A program made the translations under genes and the position numbers. The notes below the pieces were generated by a model. It did not search any database. It had not been told where the DNA came from and worked only from the letters and a program-made list of their open reading frames with translations. A stretch of DNA of 64,000 bases from a virus. Location: positions 77,322 to 141,321 of the IMG/VR virus record IMGVR_UViG_3300021354_000450; one strand, 5' to 3'. Numbering within the stretch: the first letter of the stretch is position 1; each line of letters opens with the position of its first letter. Below are positions 17,207 to 25,266 of this stretch, piece by piece.

Positions 17207-18035
17207 AGTAGCGGAACTTTTCTACTCAATTCAAGGTGAAGGAAGATATATGGGAGTACCATCTATCTTCTTACGTACTTTTGGTTGTAATTTTTCTTGT
17301 AAGGGATTTGGTATGCTTCGAGGTAATATAAGTGAAGAATACTTGACTGTTAATCCAGAACTATATACAAAATACGATCAGCTGCCATTAGTTAGCACAG
17401 GATGTGATAGTTATGCAAGTTGGGATCCGAGATTTAAAAATCTTAGTCCTTTACTTGATACTGATGAAATTGCTGAAAGTATTATCGAAATGTTACCATT
17501 TAAAGAATGGCGTGATGAACATCTTGTGATTACAGGTGGTGAACCGTTATTAGGTTGGCAACGAGCTTTTCCTGATTTACTTGACCATCCTAAAATGCAA
17601 GGATTAAAAGAAATTACATTTGAAACAAATGGTACTCAACCGTTGACTGATCAATTTAAATTGTATCTTTATAATTGGCAATTACAACAACCTGGAAGAG
17701 AAGTTACATTTAGTGTTAGTGCAAAATTAAGTGTAAGTGGTGAACATCCTGATCAAGCAATTCGTCCTGAGATTGTTTGTGGCTATGAAGATGTTGGATA
17801 TACTTATCTTAAATTTGTTGTTGCATCTGAAGAAGATGCAGAAGAAGCATTAGAAGCAGTTGACATTTACCGTGCCGAAGGATTCATTGGGCCAGTTTAT
17901 TTAATGCCCGTCGGTGGTGTTGAAAGTGTTTATACTTTAAATAATCGCACAGTTGCAGAATTAGCAATGAAAATAGGGTTAAGATATAGTGATAGATTAC
18001 AAGTGCCGTTGTTCAAGAACGCGTGGAGTACATAA
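17187..18035 (+). CDS. queE: 7-carboxy-7-deazaguanine synthase (radical SAM)
   Basis: ELFYSIQGEG, FLRTFGCNFSC...GCDS, ITGGEP, ETNGT, SAKL. The start may be GTG 17193. Confidence 0.9.
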   Translation: MIVSKIKVAELFYSIQGEGRYMGVPSIFLRTFGCNFSCKGFGMLRGNISEEYLTVNPELYTKYDQLPLVSTGCDSYASWDPRFKNLSPLLDTDEIAESIIEMLPFKEWRDEHLVITGGEPLLGWQRAFPDLLDHPKMQGLKEITFETNGTQPLTDQFKLYLYNWQLQQPGREVTFSVSAKLSVSGEHPDQAIRPEIVCGYEDVGYTYLKFVVASEEDAEEALEAVDIYRAEGFIGPVYLMPVGGVESVYTLNNRTVAELAMKIGLRYSDRLQVPLFKNAWST

Positions 18036-18437
18036 ATGATATTAGATGGAATATTTGATCTTTGGAACAATTATCGTTCTAAAAGAAAAGCAAAAAAAGA
18101 AGCAAAGAAATACAGAACAGCTAAAACAGACGAAGTTAAAGATCCGAAAACTCAAGCAACTGAGAATAACGAACCGTGGGTTACTGTTTTAAAAACACAT
18201 GTTGATCCAACAAGTCCACGTAATGGGTTTTTTGAACTTGATTGGAATGAACAGTTTGTTTCAATGTTGCGTGGTAATGGTTATACTGGGGTTACTGAAG
18301 AAGAAATTGTAGACCAATGGTTTAGTGATCTTTGTAGAGAAGTAGGTAGTGAAGAAAATGTTCCTGGATTAGATCGTAGAGGATCTGGGTACATTAATGT
18401 AAACAAATTAAGCAACGGCAGAAGCGAGGTAAGTTGA
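18036..18437 (+). CDS. Hypothetical protein
   Basis: Abuts the queE stop; contains GFFELDWNEQF. Confidence 0.6.
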   Translation: MILDGIFDLWNNYRSKRKAKKEAKKYRTAKTDEVKDPKTQATENNEPWVTVLKTHVDPTSPRNGFFELDWNEQFVSMLRGNGYTGVTEEEIVDQWFSDLCREVGSEENVPGLDRRGSGYINVNKLSNGRSEVS

Positions 18438-18695
18438 TTAAATAGAAACTATAATATATCCTTTATAGCTTTTTCCTAATTTTGCATTTTTATGAATTGT
18501 GTCTTTTGATTGCGGTCCTCGTTGTCTATTACGTTCTCCAATCTGCTGTTTTTCCTCTTCAGACCACATTTGTTTACCTTTATTCCACGGAATTCTTCCT
18601 TTACCTGCTTCACTGATACGTTTTCGTACTTCTTCACTTTGGCGTCCACCGTCACCACATTCATTTATATTAAAGTTGACTTTTCCTGAAATATA
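18438..18695 (-). pseudogene. Remnant of a NUMOD3-type homing endonuclease DNA-binding tail
   Basis: A minus-strand frame with no ATG/GTG/TTG upstream of the motifs reads NINECGDGGRQSEEVRKRISEAGKGRIPWNKGKQMWSEEEKQQIG...stop. Confidence 0.65.
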
Positions 18696-18704
18696 TTATA
18701 TAAT
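18676..18704 (+). promoter_or_regulatory. Sigma70-type promoter
   Basis: TTGACT-N17-TATAAT. Confidence 0.7.
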
Positions 18705-18715
18705 GTATTTTTTTA

Positions 18716-19726
18716 ATGAAGAGAAGTAACTACATGAACAGAACATTTTTAATTATTGATGCGGCTAATTTATTTTATCGAAGTAGGCATTCAGTTAGAG
18801 GAACTTCTGAAGAAAAAGTAGCAATGTCATTACATATCATCTTATCATCAATAGCAAAATGTTGGCGTGAACAAAAAGCAAACCATTGTGTCATTGCATT
18901 AGAAGGTCGAAGTTGGCGTAAAGACTATTACGAACCGTATAAAAGAAATAGACAAGTTGCTCGTGATGCCTTAAGTCCAAAAGATGCAGAAGAAGACAAA
19001 GTGTTTTGGGAAACGTTTGATGACTTTAAAACATTTATTCAAGAAAAAACAAATTGCACCGTATTACAAAATCCTCAATTAGAAGCAGACGATTTAATTG
19101 CAGGTTGGATTAAAGCTCATCCAAATGATAATCATGTTATTATTAGTACAGATGGCGATTTTGCACAACTAATTGCTCCGAATGTTCGTCAATACAACGG
19201 TGTTAGTCAAGTAACAACTACACACGAAGGCTATTTTGATGAAAAAGGTAAACGTGTTAAAGACAAAAAAACAGGGTTAGAAAAACCTGCACCGGACCCA
19301 GAATGGCTGTTATTTGAAAAATGTATGCGTGGCGACACAAGTGATAATGTGTTTAGTGCATATCCAGGTGTTCGTACAAAAGGTACAAAAAATAAAATTG
19401 GTTTACTTGAAGCATACGCTGATCGTAAAACAAAAGGGTTTAATTGGAATAACATGATGTTGCAAAAATGGGTTGATCATGAAGGAGTTGAACATAGGGT
19501 TCTTGATGATTATGCTCGTAATGTTACCTTATGTGATTTAACTGCTCAACCAGGTATTATTCAATTAGAAATTAAAGATACAATTCAGAATGAAATTGAT
19601 AAAGAAAAGAATATTAGTCAAGTTGGTATTAGATTAATGAAATTCTGTGGATCTTATGATCTAGTTAAAGTATCTGAACAAATAACTTCATTTGTTGAAC
19701 CTTTAAATGCAAGGTATCATCAATGA
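18716..19726 (+). CDS. RNase H / 5'-3' exonuclease (T4 Rnh-like, FEN family)
   Basis: LIIDAANL, YKRNR, LEADDLIA, STDGDFAQL, GDTSDNV. The start may be ATG 18734. Confidence 0.9.
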   Translation: MKRSNYMNRTFLIIDAANLFYRSRHSVRGTSEEKVAMSLHIILSSIAKCWREQKANHCVIALEGRSWRKDYYEPYKRNRQVARDALSPKDAEEDKVFWETFDDFKTFIQEKTNCTVLQNPQLEADDLIAGWIKAHPNDNHVIISTDGDFAQLIAPNVRQYNGVSQVTTTHEGYFDEKGKRVKDKKTGLEKPAPDPEWLLFEKCMRGDTSDNVFSAYPGVRTKGTKNKIGLLEAYADRKTKGFNWNNMMLQKWVDHEGVEHRVLDDYARNVTLCDLTAQPGIIQLEIKDTIQNEIDKEKNISQVGIRLMKFCGSYDLVKVSEQITSFVEPLNARYHQ

Positions 19727-20193
19727 CTACAATAGCAAAAGTATTAGTTCCGAATAAATTTTGGATAATCGAAAATGATGGAGAAAAGTTTGGAACACTT
19801 AGCAAAGAGAAAAAAGGATATAGTATTCTTTGCAAAGGTCAAAAAATTGAATTTCATGATTTAACTGAAATTAAAGAACGTTTTGGTATTACAATTGATC
19901 AAAGCGAAATTAAAAAAGAAAAGAAAACTCTTTCAAATGACATTTATGGTTTTCCGGTAAATGGTCGGGCATACGAACCACTTTGGAATGTTCAGAAAAA
20001 ATTACCAATATATGCAAAAAGTGGAAAAAGTAAAAGTTTATATTGTGCAGGATATTATGTTATTCAATTCCGTAAAGGTTGGGTTAAATCATTTTGCCCA
20101 AAACTAATAACGCTCGATCGGTATCCTTTTAAAGGTCCATTTAAAACTGAGTTTGAAATGCGTTCTATATTAAACAATGTGAGTAAAGCCTAA
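19723..20193 (+). CDS. Hypothetical protein
   Basis: Coupled ORF, 156 aa. Confidence 0.6.
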   Translation: MTTIAKVLVPNKFWIIENDGEKFGTLSKEKKGYSILCKGQKIEFHDLTEIKERFGITIDQSEIKKEKKTLSNDIYGFPVNGRAYEPLWNVQKKLPIYAKSGKSKSLYCAGYYVIQFRKGWVKSFCPKLITLDRYPFKGPFKTEFEMRSILNNVSKA

Positions 20194-20420
20194 TGAATCA
20201 ACCATTGAACACATTACCAATCGAAATGTACTTAGAAAAGGTCAGAATCGCACGAAAAAGTGGTCAAAAGAGCATCAATTTGTCAATAAATGATGCTTCT
20301 TTGTTAGAAGATAGTTTAGCTGTAGTAATGACACGTCTTGCAGGCAATTTTGATGAAATAATTAGAAATAATCAACAAAGTGACGATATTGTTATTAAGA
20401 TGGATGGCGGAGGTTTATAA
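20193..20420 (+). CDS. Hypothetical protein
   Basis: TAATG coupling; ends in MDGGGL. Confidence 0.55.
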   Translation: MNQPLNTLPIEMYLEKVRIARKSGQKSINLSINDASLLEDSLAVVMTRLAGNFDEIIRNNQQSDDIVIKMDGGGL

Positions 20421-20462
20421 AAACAAGATAAATAACTGCGTATATTAAGGAGGATACGCATA

Positions 20463-20750
20463 ATGGCGCGGCCAAAACCTAAAGTATTAATCGAAGTAAC
20501 GAGCAAAAAAACATATAAGACTGAACAGGTATTAGAAGCTGAAGCTATTTGGGCTGTATTTTATCAAGGTAAACCTGTTAACTTAAAAACAACAAGTTTA
20601 ATTGCACAACAAGTAGGTCCTAAGTACAAAAAAATATCATTTTCAAACTCCGGTCATGCTATTAATCTTGCAGAAAAACTTAATAAAATGTTTAACTGCA
20701 CAGATTTTTCAGTGTTTAAATTAACAACGGGTGAAGAACTTAAGCAATGA
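20463..20750 (+). CDS. Hypothetical protein, probably late
   Basis: AGGAGG SD; GATAAATA box at 20427-20434. Confidence 0.6.
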   Translation: MARPKPKVLIEVTSKKTYKTEQVLEAEAIWAVFYQGKPVNLKTTSLIAQQVGPKYKKISFSNSGHAINLAEKLNKMFNCTDFSVFKLTTGEELKQ

Positions 20751-21133
20751 ACTTTAAAAAACCGTTAACCAAACTTGTTTGTACACAGCTAGGATGGTTA
20801 ACAGATCTAAAAACTTTTCAAAAATGTTATAACCTAATTTGGCAAAATCCACGTGACAAAGATCAAGGTGGGATGCGATTAACTGATCAAGGTTTTACAA
20901 TCTTTACTGAAAAAATGGAAATGAAATCATATGAAATTCAGTTTCCAAAAGACTTAATATTTACAAATCAAGTTTTAGTTTGGTTAGATCGTTTTATTGA
21001 CGGTCCTTATTATATCACAAAATCTTCAATTATTGTTTTTAAAGAAAAAACCGCTGTTCAGTTAATATTGTTTAACGGAGATATCCAAAGATTTGGACAA
21101 GCAAAAATAATGTCTTTGGAAAATAATTCTTAA
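20747..21133 (+). CDS. Hypothetical protein
   Basis: Coupled ORF, 128 aa. Confidence 0.55.
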   Translation: MNFKKPLTKLVCTQLGWLTDLKTFQKCYNLIWQNPRDKDQGGMRLTDQGFTIFTEKMEMKSYEIQFPKDLIFTNQVLVWLDRFIDGPYYITKSSIIVFKEKTAVQLILFNGDIQRFGQAKIMSLENNS

Positions 21134-21141
21134 ATCTTTTC

Positions 21142-21179
21142 TTGACTTTTACCACAGTTGGTCTTATAATATACACATA
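21142..21179 (+). promoter_or_regulatory. Early sigma70-type promoter
   Basis: TTGACT-N17-TATAAT followed by ATACACATA. Confidence 0.8.
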
Positions 21180-21226
21180 TTAAAGAAACAACAAATTTTT
21201 AAATCCTTAACACAGAGAGAAATAAA

Positions 21227-22309
21227 ATGGCTGAATCAGTAAGTTCAAATCGTACTCAAACTCCAAACGAAGCAAAGGCAGCAATTCGAAAATGTTTTGC
21301 AATTAAGCGTCCAGTATTCTTATGGGGTGCACCTGGAATTGGAAAATCAGATATTGTTAAGCAAATTGCGGCTGAAACTAATCGTGAGGTTATTGATATT
21401 CGGTTAAGTTTATGGGAACCAACAGATATTAAAGGTATTCCATTTTATAATCCAGAACTGCATACAATGCAATGGGCGGCTCCTTCGGAATTACCAAGTG
21501 ACCCAAATTCAACTGCTATTTTATTTTTAGATGAGCTTAATTCAGCAGCTCCTGCAACACAAGCGGCAGCATATCAGCTTATTTTAGATGGTCGCGTTGG
21601 TACTTATCGTTTACCTAAAGGTGTTAGCATTGTAGCGGCAGGTAACCGTGAAAGTGATAAAGGTGTTACCTACAGAATGCCTGCTCCGTTAGCAAATAGA
21701 TTCTTACACTTAGAATTAAAAACTAATTTTGACGATTGGCAAGAATGGGCTGTTAAAAACAAAGTTCATGAACAAGTTGTTGGTTATATCGGTTTTGCTA
21801 AACAAGATTTATATGACTTTGATCCAAGAAGTTCAAGCCGTTCGTTTGCAACTCCTCGCTCTTGGAGCTTTGTATCAGCATTATTAGGTGATGATGATTT
21901 ATCAGAAGGTACTTTAACTGATTTAGTTGCAGGTGCGATTGGTGACGGGTTAGCTGTAAAATTTATGGCGCATCGTAAAATTGCAAATCAACTTCCTAAA
22001 CCAGAAGAAATTTTGCAAGGTGTAGTTAGAAAATTAGACATTAAAGAAATTTCAGCAATGTATTCTTTAACAATCTCAATGTGCTATGAATTACAAACTG
22101 CACATGAGAAAAAAGTTAAAAATTGGAATGACATGGCAGATTGTTTCTTCCGTTTTATGATGGACAATTTCCCAACTGAATTGGTTGTAATGGGTGCAAA
22201 AGTTGCATTAACACAATATGCATTACCGTTTGATGCATCCAAACTAAAAAGTTTTGATGAGTTTCACGAAAAATACGGCAAATACATTATTTCAGCAATG
22301 GAGAACTAA
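21227..22309 (+). CDS. MoxR-like AAA+ ATPase
   Basis: Walker A GAPGIGKS, Walker B LFLDE, AAGN, LANRF, TPRSW. Confidence 0.9.
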   Translation: MAESVSSNRTQTPNEAKAAIRKCFAIKRPVFLWGAPGIGKSDIVKQIAAETNREVIDIRLSLWEPTDIKGIPFYNPELHTMQWAAPSELPSDPNSTAILFLDELNSAAPATQAAAYQLILDGRVGTYRLPKGVSIVAAGNRESDKGVTYRMPAPLANRFLHLELKTNFDDWQEWAVKNKVHEQVVGYIGFAKQDLYDFDPRSSSRSFATPRSWSFVSALLGDDDLSEGTLTDLVAGAIGDGLAVKFMAHRKIANQLPKPEEILQGVVRKLDIKEISAMYSLTISMCYELQTAHEKKVKNWNDMADCFFRFMMDNFPTELVVMGAKVALTQYALPFDASKLKSFDEFHEKYGKYIISAMEN

Positions 22310-22313
22310 AATT

Positions 22314-22340
22314 AATGGGCCTTACGGGGCCCATTTTTTT
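22314..22340 (+). terminator. Rho-independent terminator
   Basis: ATGGGCC...GGCCCAT stem followed by a T run. Confidence 0.85.
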
Positions 22341-22347
22341 GATACAT

Positions 22348-22620
22348 ATGATTAATTTAAATTTTTCTATTTCAAATCCATGGAGCGATCGATGGAATGC
22401 AATTTGGTGTAAATCAGGAAGTCTTTGTAAATTTAAAGGGTGGGAATTTAATATATATAAAACACATTACCTAATTAATGTAGATCTAAGTTTAAATGTT
22501 AGATGTGATCATGCAGGATTTCAAATTATGTTAGGTTTGTTTGGATATAGTGTAGAATTACATTTTTATGATTCTCGTCACTGGAATTATGAAAATAATT
22601 GTTGGGAAGTTTATGATTGA
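22348..22620 (+). CDS. Hypothetical protein
   Basis: The track start lies inside the terminator, so ATG 22348 is more plausible. Confidence 0.5.
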   Translation: MINLNFSISNPWSDRWNAIWCKSGSLCKFKGWEFNIYKTHYLINVDLSLNVRCDHAGFQIMLGLFGYSVELHFYDSRHWNYENNCWEVYD

Positions 22621-22813
22621 AAAAGATAAAGTTACATCAAATGATATTTTAATGTTAGGTAGTTCAGTAACAATAATTGAAGCTGAAATAGTCGGAAAAG
22701 TTGATGCAATTATTCAAGAACGCACAGGAATTTCGTACCGTATAAAATGGTGGAGTGGAAATACTAGATCTTCTATTTGGTGTTTACCTGATGAAATTAT
22801 AATCAATGATTGA
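22613..22813 (+). CDS. Hypothetical small protein (SH3/KOW-like pattern)
   Basis: Likely start ATG 22613; GSSVTI...GKV...YRIKWW pattern. Confidence 0.4.
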   Translation: MIEKDKVTSNDILMLGSSVTIIEAEIVGKVDAIIQERTGISYRIKWWSGNTRSSIWCLPDEIIIND

Positions 22814-22847
22814 CAAAACATCAATTTGACCTTATAATATACACATA
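22810..22847 (+). promoter_or_regulatory. Early sigma70 promoter
   Basis: TTGACA-N17-TATAAT followed by ATACACATA, the same tail as the 21142 promoter. Confidence 0.8.
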
Positions 22848-22868
22848 CACTAACACAAAGGAATTAAA

Positions 22869-24077
22869 ATGGCAACAATGAAACAAAAGAAAACTGAAAA
22901 AACACGTGAGTTTACTTCTGCAGAGAAAAACAAAGTTATCGAAAAACTTACCACTGCAAGAGTTGGTTTGCTTTTAAGACATCCGTTTTTTGGTAACCTT
23001 GCAACACGATTAAAATTAGTTGATGCTAGTCATTGGTGCGAAACTCTTGCAACTGATGGAAGAACATTTTATTACAATGTTGGATTTGTTGATCGTCTTA
23101 CTCCTAAACAAGCTGAATTTGGTTTTGCACATGAAGTATTACATAATGTGTTTGATCATATGGGTCGTCGAGATGGACGTGATCCAAAGCTTTCAAACAT
23201 TGCGGCTGATTATGCAGTTAATCAAATTCTTAAAGATGAACGTATCGGAGAAGTTCCTGATTGGATTAAAATATTTCAAAATGACAAATATCGTAGTTGG
23301 TCATATGAACAAATTTACGCCGACCTTGACGAAAATGCAATTAAAATTGATTTTAATTCATTAGGTGAGTTATTTGATGAACATTTAGACGGAGATGAGG
23401 ACGGTGACGGTCGTCCAAAATTAACTCCTGAAGAGAAAAAAGCAATACGTGATGAAATTAAAGAAGCTATGGTTTCGGCTGCACAATCTGCAGGTGCTGG
23501 TAAAGTTCCAGGTAGTATTGCTAGACTTATTTCAGATTTTACTGAACCAAAAATGGATTGGCGACAAATGTTGCGTATGAATATTCAAAGTATTCTAAAA
23601 AGCAATTTTAGTTTTAGTCGTCCAAATCGTAAATCACAGATGTGCGGTGCTATTTTGCCAGGCATGATGAATGAAGAAACAATTGATGTTTGTTGTGCAA
23701 TTGATATGTCAGGTTCTATTAGTGATAAAATGGGAAATGACTTTATCAGTGAAGTAAAAGGTATTATGGATGAATATCAAGATTTTAAATTAGATCTTTG
23801 GTGCTTTGATACACAAGTTTATAATCATGTAAAATTTAGTGGTGATAACGCAGGCGATATTTTAAATTATAAATGTATGGGCGGTGGTGGTACTGATTTT
23901 AATGCGAATTGGGAATTTATGAAAGAAAATGATATTAATCCAAAACGCTTTATTATGTTTACTGACGGTTATCCGTGCGGAAGTTGGGGTGATGAAGATT
24001 ATTGTGAAACATTGTTTATTATTCACGGTGACGATTCCATAAATCCACCACACGGCCAGGTTGCTTATTATAAATAA
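22869..24077 (+). CDS. DUF2201-type metallopeptidase plus VWA domain protein (MoxR partner)
   Basis: HEVLH zincin motif, MIDAS DMSGS, GGGTDF, FTDG. Confidence 0.85.
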   Translation: MATMKQKKTEKTREFTSAEKNKVIEKLTTARVGLLLRHPFFGNLATRLKLVDASHWCETLATDGRTFYYNVGFVDRLTPKQAEFGFAHEVLHNVFDHMGRRDGRDPKLSNIAADYAVNQILKDERIGEVPDWIKIFQNDKYRSWSYEQIYADLDENAIKIDFNSLGELFDEHLDGDEDGDGRPKLTPEEKKAIRDEIKEAMVSAAQSAGAGKVPGSIARLISDFTEPKMDWRQMLRMNIQSILKSNFSFSRPNRKSQMCGAILPGMMNEETIDVCCAIDMSGSISDKMGNDFISEVKGIMDEYQDFKLDLWCFDTQVYNHVKFSGDNAGDILNYKCMGGGGTDFNANWEFMKENDINPKRFIMFTDGYPCGSWGDEDYCETLFIIHGDDSINPPHGQVAYYK

Positions 24078-24089
24078 AGTAGGTACATA

Positions 24090-24365
24090 ATGGCATTAGT
24101 TAGAGGAACAATTAATCCACTAAATGTATTAGGAGCAAGGCGTTTAACTTTTATACCTAAACACTTTGCTTCTATGACAATTAAAAATAATTGGGATAAA
24201 ATAGACAGTTGGATTTATAAAAATTTAGATAGTAGATATGCAATCATTCAAGATTTAGAAGTTGATCAAAATAATAAAATAGTTGAGATCCACAAATTAG
24301 GTGTTGAAGATCCAAAAGAACTAACTATATTAAGTTTATCATGTCCGTACTTAGACAAAAATTAA
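24090..24365 (+). CDS. Hypothetical protein
   Basis: TATAAATA at 24069-24076 upstream; 91 aa. Confidence 0.55.
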   Translation: MALVRGTINPLNVLGARRLTFIPKHFASMTIKNNWDKIDSWIYKNLDSRYAIIQDLEVDQNNKIVEIHKLGVEDPKELTILSLSCPYLDKN

Positions 24366-24377
24366 TAGGAGAAAGAA

Positions 24378-24599
24378 ATGTCTGAACAAGAAAATCAAAC
24401 AGCAGCAACTGAAACATCGCAACCTGAATTAACTATTCAAGATTTAGGTAACTTACGTGCAATTATCGATGTTGCAAGTCAACGTGGTGCATTTAAAGCT
24501 GCAGAACTTCAAGCGGTAGGAACAGCATTTAATAAATTAAATGATTTTTTAAATTCAGTTGCACCTGCACAAACTGAAGAAGATCAACCAACTGCCTAA
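24378..24599 (+). CDS. Hypothetical protein
   Basis: AGGAG SD; contains LTIQDL...IIDVASQRGAFKAAEL. Confidence 0.65.
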   Translation: MSEQENQTAATETSQPELTIQDLGNLRAIIDVASQRGAFKAAELQAVGTAFNKLNDFLNSVAPAQTEEDQPTA

Positions 24600-24612
24600 A
24601 AGGAGATCTTAA

Positions 24613-25221
24613 ATGAAACATGTTGGCAAAATGAAAAACAATGGGGCAAAAATAGTTATTGCATATCGAACTATCCCAGGTGATCCAAATTCTGCACTTG
24701 TTGTAGGTACGCAAGCCCTTATGGATTCGTACCACGACTCATTGATGAGTTTAGTTGAATCAGATGCTGGTCAACAAGCAGATGAATTAGCAGATGTAAT
24801 GGCTGTACGTAGATTTCCTGATGGTACTGGCATGTTGCAATATGTCCATGCCAACGGTTATTTAACAAAGGTTCCTACTTCTGGAGTATTAGTTACTCCA
24901 GATAACAAAACATCTGTTCCGTTAGATGAATTAAACAATATTATTGCACAACAAAAAGGCGTTACATTAAACGAACTTGCAATTAAAGATGGTTCTAATT
25001 CAACTGTACCAACAATATCAAATACTGATGTAGTAACAGATTATACAAACGAAATTGTTATTGAAGATTCTCAAACTTCTGTTACATTAACCCCAGCAGA
25101 AATGCGGTCACGTGCAGATGCTTTATATAAAGAAGCAGCAAAACTTCGAAAATCAGCAGATGAAATTGATCCGCCAAAAAGTAAAAAAACAAAAGAAGTT
25201 GTTTCTACAGAAACTGCTTAA
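24613..25221 (+). CDS. Hypothetical protein
   Basis: AGGAG SD; 202 aa. Confidence 0.65.
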   Translation: MKHVGKMKNNGAKIVIAYRTIPGDPNSALVVGTQALMDSYHDSLMSLVESDAGQQADELADVMAVRRFPDGTGMLQYVHANGYLTKVPTSGVLVTPDNKTSVPLDELNNIIAQQKGVTLNELAIKDGSNSTVPTISNTDVVTDYTNEIVIEDSQTSVTLTPAEMRSRADALYKEAAKLRKSADEIDPPKSKKTKEVVSTETA

Positions 25222-25233
25222 TAGTTTTAAGAT

Positions 25234-25259
25234 AAAAACCCGCATTATGCGGGTTTTTT
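25234..25259. terminator. Bidirectional intrinsic terminator between convergent modules
   Basis: AAAAACCCGCA-TTA-TGCGGGTTTTTT. Confidence 0.9.
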
Positions 25260-25266
25260 ATTGATA

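Noticed and set aside
18476-18729. Track ORFs 18476-18664 (-) and 18499-18729 (+)
   Set aside because: They are shadow frames; the recognisable protein motifs lie in a different minus-strand frame.
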